A stretch of DNA of 64,000 nt from Candidatus Bathyarchaeota archaeon (GTDB lineage: Archaea; Thermoproteota; Bathyarchaeia; Bathyarchaeales; Bathycorpusculaceae). The position numbers and the translations under genes are program-made. Below are positions 9,973 to 17,365 of the stretch, piece after piece. The stretch covers positions 1 through 64,000 of the forward strand of contig CAWABA010000001.1 of assembly GCA_963780185.1 (NCBI GenBank), in the 5' to 3' direction. Under the pieces are notes generated by a model that saw only the letters and a list, made by a program, of their open reading frames with translations, was not told where the DNA came from and did not search any database. Positions within the stretch are counted from its first letter, which is position 1, and every line of letters begins with the position of its first letter.

Positions 9973-11052
9973 TTACGTCAAAACCAGCCTTTTGTTTTTG
10001 TAAGTTACCTCAACCGTGTGCCTGCCAGTTACTTTACCTATCAATTCAGGCTTTCCGCCGTCTTGCTCCAGCATGCTCATGGCTTTGTCGACTTCCGATT
10101 TGTCAACAATTATACCAAAACCCCAACCCATGTTGAACGTTTTGAACATTTCCTCGTCCGAAACGCGGTAACCAAGCTCAGACGCGGTTCTTTGGATTAA
10201 TCCGAATATGGGTTGCGGTTTGAAGTTGGTGAATTCGAAGCCTATTCCAGGTGAGTAATTGGCGAGGTTGGTGAATTTCATGTAGCCGTCGCCTGTGATG
10301 TGTACTGCCGCCTTCACTTTGACTTTGCTGGCTACTTTAAGAAGCGGCTTAACATAGATTTTCGTCGGCACCAACGTTTCAAGCACAACTTCCCGATCCA
10401 AGCCTTCTGGAACATCGTTCGGCTCGTATTTTCCTCCCCACTGCTTAAACAGGATTTTCCTCACCATCGTTAAGCCGTTGCTATGCAGTCCGCTGCTTGC
10501 TAAACCGATTATCGGGTCTTCTGGCTTGATGTTTTCGCCAGTTATGATTTCTTGCCGCTCCACAGTGCCGACCGAGGCAACAACCATGTCGAAGCCTGCG
10601 TTGTCAACTAAGCCCTTTATTATTTCTGCTACGTCGCCTGTTTCGCCGCCTGTAACTGGGCACTCCGCTTCAGCCGCACCCTGAATAATTCCTTTCAGCC
10701 ACTCATTTACAAGGAAGGGTTCACTGGCTTGCGCGTGAATGTTGTCGGCTATTGCGAGGGGTCGGGCTCCTGAACGGATAACGTCGTTGACAGCCATCGC
10801 CACCGCGTCGACGCCTATGGTGTCATATTTGCCTGCTAGTTGCGCGAGAAGAACTTTGGTGCCTACACCTTCGATGACGAGGTCTAGGAAGGTGTTTTCT
10901 CCGACTGGAAAAATGTTGCCGTAGGGCAGACGCATCACGTTGCCGAAGCGGCTGTGCTTGTAGGTTTCCTGCAGGTTTTTTAGGGCTTTTTTTGATTCGA
11001 CGCGTTGTGCTCGGTTTACGCCTGCGTCGGTGTAAGTGAAGTTTTTAGGCAA
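9973..11052 (-). CDS. purM: AIR synthetase (phosphoribosylformylglycinamidine cyclo-ligase)
   Basis: TYTDAGV, EGVGTK, GGETG, GLASSGLHSNG, HITGDG, EMFKTFNMGWG. Confidence 0.95.
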   Translation of the reverse strand: MPKNFTYTDAGVNRAQRVESKKALKNLQETYKHSRFGNVMRLPYGNIFPVGENTFLDLVIEGVGTKVLLAQLAGKYDTIGVDAVAMAVNDVIRSGARPLAIADNIHAQASEPFLVNEWLKGIIQGAAEAECPVTGGETGDVAEIIKGLVDNAGFDMVVASVGTVERQEIITGENIKPEDPIIGLASSGLHSNGLTMVRKILFKQWGGKYEPNDVPEGLDREVVLETLVPTKIYVKPLLKVASKVKVKAAVHITGDGYMKFTNLANYSPGIGFEFTNFKPQPIFGLIQRTASELGYRVSDEEMFKTFNMGWGFGIIVDKSEVDKAMSMLEQDGGKPELIGKVTGRHTVEVTYKNKRLVLT

Positions 11053-11550
11053 GCTCTCGTTCTCCTCGGTATTCTTTATTATACCTTAGAAATAACGATT
11101 ATGCTTGCTTTGAAGCCGCGGTTATGTAGGTTTGGTTTTTTGGCTGATTAACACGAGGCTTTTTAGGGGTTGAATGGTTTATGAAGTAAGCGTTTTGGTT
11201 TTTCTCTGTTTTTTCGTTGCGACTTTCCCCCAGGAATAAGTTGAGACTTTTTTCTGGTTGCTTTCCGCGTTGCTTTTTTGGTTTGGGGCTTGAATTGCTT
11301 GCAGGTTTGGTCGTGTCGGGTCGTGTTCTATGTTGCTGGATGGGCGGATGCGACTTTTCCATGTTGACGGCATTGTCGGTTATGGGCGAATCGGGTTTCA
11401 GGTGCGGTGGGTTTTGGAGCCGTAACGGAAAGATTCGAGGTTTTCGCGGCTGCGGCTTTCGGGATGGGCGGCTGTGGCGTCCTCGTGACATGTAGAAGAG
11501 AGTCATTCTCTATATTTTAGCCACCAATTTCAATTACTGCATCACTCCAC

Positions 11551-11595
11551 GCGGTCGTACTCTAGCTTGGTTAGGACATCAGGTTTTTAACCTAA
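11551..11595 (+). repeat. degenerate copy of the 5' part of tRNA-Gly (att-like remnant)
   Basis: GCGGTCGTACTCTAGCTTGGTTAGGACATCAGGTTTTTAACCTAA matches 12894-12938 at 40 of 45 positions; the anticodon position reads TTT instead of CCC; there is no T-arm or acceptor 3' strand. Confidence 0.8.
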
Positions 11596-12893
11596 TGAGC
11601 CAAGTTTTAAGTTGACCAAAGTGCACTTGTATTATGGAAAAAGAGGGAAAGAGAGGGTTAAAGGAAGAGGCAGTGTTTTCTGGAATAGGAAATCAAGAAG
11701 AAATGACATTAAAGTAACGGTGCGACCCAACCAGCTGTAAACACACAATATATTTCTGTCCATTCCTCTCTGTTTATAGGATGTTTAAGTTAAAACTGTT
11801 CAGGACAGCAAGAATATTTATCGCATATTTGCTTCAATGCAGAAGATAAAGCGTATTTAGAGCATAGACAATTGGAAAATGTTAAATTTAGATAAGCGCA
11901 AGGTTGTTTGGGAATCTTTGATAAAAGAATATAAAATAGTATATCGTTCAGCGGATGAGCATGTCTTTGAAGGTATGTAAAATCGCAATTTGAGAAAGAG
12001 ATAAATGACTTAGCTCTCAATGATTGGGAAATCAAATCTTTTAAGATAGATGTAATATCCCCAACTGAAACACCAAGTTATGTTAGTGCATATGCATTGT
12101 TAGAAAGGGATGCTCTCCCTTAATCCATTTTTGGATAACGCTCCAAAATTAATTCTTAATGTTTAGTTAAGCCTGACTGGTTTATTGAGCATTTGAAAAG
12201 CTAGAGTTGGACAATAAAATCTTTAAACCAACAGAATACAAATGCAGTTTAAGTTAGAGGTCGTTCAAAATGGCATTTCCAGACATACTCAGACAATATC
12301 AAACGAACATCAGAAAAGACCTTGAAGCAAAGGGTCTAAACGTTGTATTTGAGATAACAAACTATAATCATGACGCTATGGCAATAGAGTATAGTCTGTA
12401 CAGTAAGAACCCAGATGAAGAAGTGCCTAAAGAAGCCCAAAAGATAGTGGATGATTATTTGCAGTCCTCTAGGCAATTTGTAAGTAGGTCCTTTAGGAAA
12501 TCGCCTTGGGGCTAGCAACGTTCCAAAATTAATTGTTGGTAGAACTTTATATCCAAAGTTGACCACTTCAGGGGACCAAATCTTTGGAGTATGAAAAGTT
12601 GAAGATTAAGTGTATAAGGTTTGAATGCGAAATCTGTTCCAAGTTGGCTTCCATCCAAGTCTTCTACAATAAAGCTGGAATAATCAAATATGCCGGGGCA
12701 AGGCATTACTCAGGGCAGCTTAATGGGAAGCCCCAGTTTGAGTATCACCAGCAGTCTCTTGCCTGCATTCAGAGAAAACTTAATGAAATGCCTAAAGAAG
12801 AGAATACCAGCTTAACCAACAGTGGTCACATTGGTCAAGTTTCTAATGTTGACCTAGAAAAGATTGGGAATAGCTCCAATTTGGAAAAAAAGG
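11596..12893. mobile_element. small AT-rich islet between the tRNA-Gly 5' remnant and the intact tRNA-Gly
   Basis: Visibly more AT-rich than its flanks; bounded by tRNA-derived direct repeats; only short hypothetical ORFs; no integrase recognised. Confidence 0.5.
12270..12515 (+). CDS. small hypothetical protein
   Basis: 81-aa ATG ORF with GAGGT SD and protein-like composition. Confidence 0.55.
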   Translation: MAFPDILRQYQTNIRKDLEAKGLNVVFEITNYNHDAMAIEYSLYSKNPDEEVPKEAQKIVDDYLQSSRQFVSRSFRKSPWG

Positions 12894-13015
12894 GCGGTCG
12901 TAGTCTAGCTTGGTTAGGACATCAGGTTCCCAACCTGACAACCCGGGTTCAAATCCCGGTGACCGCACCAAACCAAACTTGTGCATTACTAATGCATAAA
13001 CTTATATTTTTGTAA
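12584..13015 (+). CDS. hypothetical CxxC protein whose frame runs through the tRNA (3' part probably not genuine)
   Basis: CEIC...ARHY...FEYH N-terminal domain; the C-terminal part is translated tRNA-Gly sequence. Confidence 0.4.
   Translation: MEYEKLKIKCIRFECEICSKLASIQVFYNKAGIIKYAGARHYSGQLNGKPQFEYHQQSLACIQRKLNEMPKEENTSLTNSGHIGQVSNVDLEKIGNSSNLEKKGGRSLAWLGHQVPNLTTRVQIPVTAPNQTCALLMHKLIFL
12894..12970 (+). tRNA. tRNA-Gly(CCC), intron-less, CCA encoded
   Basis: Acceptor stem GCGGTCG/TGACCGC plus ACCA; anticodon arm TCAGG-TTCCCAA-CCTGA; T-arm CCGGG-TTCAAAT-CCCGG. Confidence 0.95.
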
Positions 13016-13040
13016 TGCACACTTTTCCTTTGATGACTTA

Positions 13041-14261
13041 ATGATTCTCAAAGAGACTCTAAGAAGCATAGTCAAAACGCAACAAAGAGACCTTGAATCC
13101 TTAACCTACGGTATTCCCCGAGCGTTAGCCAGCGATATAGACCTCAATGTACCCTTCGCCATAATCTTGTCAGGAATAAGGCGATGCGGAAAAAGCACGT
13201 TACTCCGACAAACAATGAAAAAAGCAAATGGTAAGTATTATTTTAATTTTGAAGATCCGAAAGCAACCACTTTTGAGCTTAATGATTTCCAAAAATTGAC
13301 TGAAGTGTTCAGAGAAGAGTGGGGCGAAAGCGATTTTTACTTTTTCGATGAAATTCAAAACGTCGAAAAATGGGAGCTTTTTGTAAGAACGATGCTGGAT
13401 AAAGGCAAGCATTTCCTAATCACTGGTTCAAACGCTTCACTGATGAGCAAAGAGCTCGGAACAAGACTTACAGGCAGGCATCTTAGACAAGAGCTATTCC
13501 CATTCTCCTACTGTGAATTTCTCGCTTTCAAATCCAAAAAAGCGGGTTCTGAGACTTTCAATGAATACTTGCAAAAAGGCGGATTTCCAGAATATTTAGA
13601 ATTCGGCAGAGGGGAAATTCTTCAGGAGTTGCTCAACGACATAATCATGCGAGACATCGTCGTTCGACACAAACTTAGAAGCTCCAAGTCGATAAAAGAG
13701 ATGGCGCTTTTTTTGGTTTCAAATGTAGGCGTCGAGTTTTCCTATAATGGTCTTGCCAAAGCCTTTAGCCTTGGTTCAACCAATAGCGCCATTTCGTTTG
13801 TTTCATACTTAGAAGATAGCTACCTTTTGTTTACTGTTCCCCAGTTCAGTTATTCTCTAAAGAGGCAATCTGTGAATCCTAAAAAAGTTTACATGATCGA
13901 TAACGGATTGACTGATGTCAATTCAGTTTCTTTCTCTTCAAATAAAGGAAGAATGCTGGAAAATTCGGTTTTCTTGGATTTGCGCAGGAGTGGAAAAGAA
14001 ATATTCTACTTTAAAGGAAAGAAGGAATGCGATTTCGTAATAAAATGCAAGAATAAGGTCACTGAAGCCATCCAAGTGTGCTATGACTTGAATGAAGACA
14101 ATAAAGGAAGAGAAATCGAGGGTTTGATGGAGGCGCTTACAACGCTTGGTTTATCACAGGGGTTAATTTTGACATCTGACCAAGAAGACGTTCTCAAAAT
14201 TGACGGAAAAACTATCACCGTTGCCCCCGCCTGGCGCTGGATGACTGCTGCAGCTCGGTAG
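13041..14261 (+). CDS. AAA+ ATPase, AAA_14/DUF4143 family (COG1373) with C-terminal nuclease-like motif
   Basis: GIRRCGKST Walker A, FFDEIQ Walker B, ITGSN, LTGR, GGFPE, KKVYMIDNG, ENSV, ECDFV...IQV. Confidence 0.88.
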   Translation: MILKETLRSIVKTQQRDLESLTYGIPRALASDIDLNVPFAIILSGIRRCGKSTLLRQTMKKANGKYYFNFEDPKATTFELNDFQKLTEVFREEWGESDFYFFDEIQNVEKWELFVRTMLDKGKHFLITGSNASLMSKELGTRLTGRHLRQELFPFSYCEFLAFKSKKAGSETFNEYLQKGGFPEYLEFGRGEILQELLNDIIMRDIVVRHKLRSSKSIKEMALFLVSNVGVEFSYNGLAKAFSLGSTNSAISFVSYLEDSYLLFTVPQFSYSLKRQSVNPKKVYMIDNGLTDVNSVSFSSNKGRMLENSVFLDLRRSGKEIFYFKGKKECDFVIKCKNKVTEAIQVCYDLNEDNKGREIEGLMEALTTLGLSQGLILTSDQEDVLKIDGKTITVAPAWRWMTAAAR

Positions 14262-14320
14262 GACATCAGGTTCCCAACCTGACAACCTGGGTTCAAATCC
14301 CGGTGACCGCACCAAACCAA
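14259..14320 (+). repeat. 62-bp direct repeat of the tRNA-Gly 3' part plus AACCAA (attR-like)
   Basis: Identical to 12915-12976 except one C>T change; its first three bases are the ATPase stop codon. Confidence 0.9.
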
Positions 14321-14533
14321 CCTGCACGTGGCACAGCTGCTTATTTTTTAAAGTGTATCGACGAATTGTATCGTCTTTCTGTATCGACGGTTGACTCTAT
14401 AATGTGGTAGTCGACAAACATTGGTCCACCTGCTTAACCTAAGCCGCTCGCCTAAAAGGCGGTTTTAGCAAAAGACAAAAGAGCCACGTTTATCTGAATA
14501 ACTGTAGGTGTCGATATTCCTTCAGGTTTTCTG

Positions 14534-14785
14534 ATGCTTCCCGTTCCTTCATCTAACCCGCCTCAGCCATACGTGAAGTGCCCAAACTGCGGGTCACAGG
14601 TAACGGCGAACTCTAACTACTGCAACTTCTGCGGCACATCCCTGCATCAACCAGTTCTGCTGAAAATCTGCCCTCGATGCAACACAAAGATTCCTGTCAG
14701 CGTCAAATTCTGCCCCGAATGCGGGAAAAAACAACCCGTCGAAAACAGCCCGCAGAAACCTGCGGAGCAGGCGGCAAGCCGCTGA
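14534..14785 (+). CDS. double zinc-ribbon protein
   Basis: CPNCG..YCNFCG and CPRCN..FCPECG. Confidence 0.8.
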   Translation: MLPVPSSNPPQPYVKCPNCGSQVTANSNYCNFCGTSLHQPVLLKICPRCNTKIPVSVKFCPECGKKQPVENSPQKPAEQAASR

Positions 14786-14864
14786 TAGTTTTGCCTGCAA
14801 ATAATTGCTTTTGCAGTTAGGTGTATTAGGGGGTTAATCTTTCTTTGATTGAGGCTGTTTTGAT

Positions 14865-15767
14865 ATGTCAACGGATTCAGAAGACTTCAAAGTGACGCCT
14901 GGCAAAAAAGTCAGCTTGAAAGATTACGATTCAGGTTGGATTCCGAAATGGGCTAAGAAACTGGAGGAAAAAGAGGACAAAAAAGCGGTTAAACTGCAGG
15001 CACAGGAAATGCTTGAATTTAACCGACAGAAACTGGTAAAGATGCAGGATCTGTTTTGGGCAAACAGCACTTACTCGATGCTTATCGTTCTCCAAGGCAT
15101 GGATGCGGCGGGAAAAGACGGCACTATACGACACGTCATGTCGGGGGTTAACCCTCAGGGATGCCAAGTTACAGGTTTCAAAGCCCCGTGCGAAGATGAG
15201 TTGATGCATGATTTTCTCTGGCGGAACTCGAAGGCTCTTCCAGAAAAGGGCATCATAGGCATTTTTAACCGTTCATACTACGAAGACGTGCTAATCGTTA
15301 AGGTTCGACCAGAAGTTCTGCAGAGGGAGAAGCTGCCGCAGACGCTGATGGGAAAGCAGGTTTGGAATCAGCGGTACGAGGACATAAACATGTTCGAGCG
15401 CCACTTGGTTCGGAACGGAACGGTTGTGTTGAAGTTTTATCTGAATCTTTCAAAGGAACATCAGAAACAGCGGCTACTCAAGCGGCTTGAAGACCCCGAC
15501 AAGAACTGGAAGTTCTCAGTGAACGATCTTTCCGAACGCTCAAAATGGGCTGATTACTTGGAGGCATACGAAGAAATGCTTAATGCAACGAGCACCGAGT
15601 GGGCGCCATGGTACATCATTCCCGCCGACAAGAAATGGGTCACACATGCATCAATCTCCGAAATTATAGTTTCCCAAATCAAGAAACTTGACTTAAAATA
15701 CCCCGTCTTAAGCAAGGACCAACTTGCGGCGCTGGAGAAGGCAAAGGCTGAGCTTAAAAAAGAGTAA
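14865..15767 (+). CDS. ppk2: polyphosphate kinase 2 family (class III-like) polyP:nucleotide phosphotransferase
   Basis: LQGMDAAGKDGTI, GVNPQG, HDFLWR, FNRSYYEDVL, KNWKFS, APWYIIPADKKW. Confidence 0.93.
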   Translation: MSTDSEDFKVTPGKKVSLKDYDSGWIPKWAKKLEEKEDKKAVKLQAQEMLEFNRQKLVKMQDLFWANSTYSMLIVLQGMDAAGKDGTIRHVMSGVNPQGCQVTGFKAPCEDELMHDFLWRNSKALPEKGIIGIFNRSYYEDVLIVKVRPEVLQREKLPQTLMGKQVWNQRYEDINMFERHLVRNGTVVLKFYLNLSKEHQKQRLLKRLEDPDKNWKFSVNDLSERSKWADYLEAYEEMLNATSTEWAPWYIIPADKKWVTHASISEIIVSQIKKLDLKYPVLSKDQLAALEKAKAELKKE

Positions 15768-15778
15768 ACGACGCAGCT

Positions 15779-17365
15779 CTACGGGTTTGGGGTGGGCGTG
15801 ACGACGCAGTGGACGTCCAACTGTTTTTTGAAGGCTTCGTAGAACGCCTGCTTGTTCTGGATAACGCTCCACTCTTCGAAGCTGCAGTCCGAGTCAGAGT
15901 AGAACGTTAGCAAAACTTGGTCTTTGTTAACTTTAACAAATTCAGCCTTCTTAACTAACCCAGTGTGGCTTCGATCAAGCTTCTCTGCGAATCTTAGAAA
16001 CGTCGATAGAATGGCGATGCTCTGCTTGGTTTTTTCGTCCAGCCCCGACGCTTTCATGGCTTTTTTTGAAGGCAATTTTTTCCTGTGGAATCTTGCGATG
16101 TTGCCCATTATCTGGGTTTCTTTGCGGTCAAAACCGAGGAGTTCAGCGTTGCAGATGATGTATTGGGAGTGAAGTTGATGGTCGTTGAATGAGAGGAAGT
16201 CGCCGACGTCATGCAGCAAAGCAGCGTACCTTAAAAGTTCTTTTTCGTTCTCTCCCATGCTGTGAAGCCCAATTGCTTTGGCGCTGTCGAAAAGCTGAGT
16301 AGACAACGCGGCTACGGCTTCGGAGTGTTTTTCATCGAAGTTGCAGGATCTTCCCAAATGCAAGGCGCTTCGGTTGCGCATCGGGGTCTTTTGGAGTTCA
16401 CGGAAACCCTCATACTTCGACAAGTAATCGACGAGCAACCCATCCCGCAGCTCACGGTGGCTAACGTTGATCTCTTCCAAGCCTAACTCCTCCATAACCG
16501 CCTCCATTATGGCTGCCCCCGCAATTATGATGTCGGCTCGGTCAGGGTTGATGGCTGGCAGTCTTCTTCTTTCTTCAAGCGGCAGGAAGCAGAGGAGGGG
16601 CGCCAACTTTTTCAGGTTTTTCCTTGATAACGTTAACCCGTTGCCGTTGGCGTTCTTCTTGATTACTTTGTTTGTGATTTCCGCCAAGTTAATGATTGTG
16701 CCTGATGATCCCCATGCCAGCCTGACTCCGTTCTCTTGGACTTTTGCCTTGGCTACTCGGACCTTGCTGCATGCGTATTGTTTTATCTGTTTGTAAGTGC
16801 TGTTTGCCACTGGCCCAGCCCATCCTTCGCCTATGAACCGAGCAGTCAGCCTAATCGCTCCTAGCCTGAGGCTGTTCGCGTAAAAGCATTGGTATTGGTT
16901 TCCGATGCAGATTTCTGTGCTGCCGCCTCCCAAATCTATGAAGACGGCTTTTTCCTCGCCGATGTCTACCCCGCTTGACACGCCGAGGCAGATTAAGCGG
17001 GCTTCCTCCTCGCCTGAAATCACTTTCACGTTGAGCCCAGTTTCTTCGAGGAGTTTTTGGAGAAATTCAGATTGGTTTTGCGCTTCCCGAATCGCCGAAG
17101 TTCCCACGGCTATTATTTCAGTGGCGCCGTAGGTTTTGGCTAATTCAACGAATTTTCCGCAGACAAAGATGGCGCGTTCCATCGCGGCTGGTTTAAGCAG
17201 GTTGTCTTTGAATTCGTCTTCGCCTAAACGGACAACTTCTTTCTCTTGGCTGATAATGGTGTAGGAGAAATTTGGGTTTATTCTTACAACTAACAGGCGA
17301 GCGGCGTTTGTGCCGATGTCTACGAAACCGACTATTTTCTCAGCAGTTTTCACCGACTCTTCCAT
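15779..17365 (-). CDS. ppx: exopolyphosphatase Ppx/GppA with C-terminal HD domain
   Basis: DIGTNAARL, GTSAIREA, ISGEEEARL, DLGGGSTE, LRDGLL, AALLHDVG, ARFHRK. Confidence 0.92.
   Translation of the reverse strand: MEESVKTAEKIVGFVDIGTNAARLLVVRINPNFSYTIISQEKEVVRLGEDEFKDNLLKPAAMERAIFVCGKFVELAKTYGATEIIAVGTSAIREAQNQSEFLQKLLEETGLNVKVISGEEEARLICLGVSSGVDIGEEKAVFIDLGGGSTEICIGNQYQCFYANSLRLGAIRLTARFIGEGWAGPVANSTYKQIKQYACSKVRVAKAKVQENGVRLAWGSSGTIINLAEITNKVIKKNANGNGLTLSRKNLKKLAPLLCFLPLEERRRLPAINPDRADIIIAGAAIMEAVMEELGLEEINVSHRELRDGLLVDYLSKYEGFRELQKTPMRNRSALHLGRSCNFDEKHSEAVAALSTQLFDSAKAIGLHSMGENEKELLRYAALLHDVGDFLSFNDHQLHSQYIICNAELLGFDRKETQIMGNIARFHRKKLPSKKAMKASGLDEKTKQSIAILSTFLRFAEKLDRSHTGLVKKAEFVKVNKDQVLLTFYSDSDCSFEEWSVIQNKQAFYEAFKKQLDVHCVVTPTPNP

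Noticed and set aside
11099-11506. 135-aa and 92-aa ORFs, or an RNase P/SRP RNA, in the G/T-rich gap
   Set aside because: Low-complexity skewed sequence with no recognisable protein or RNA motifs.
11551-11595. tRNA-Lys(TTT) gene
   Set aside because: No T-arm or acceptor 3' strand; the body is tRNA-Gly-derived.
11551-14320. Trans-spliced (split) tRNA from the 5' fragment at 11551 and the 3' fragment at 14259
   Set aside because: The fragments overlap in tRNA coordinates, I see no complementary leader/trailer or BHB motif, and an intact tRNA-Gly lies between them; att remnants explain them better.
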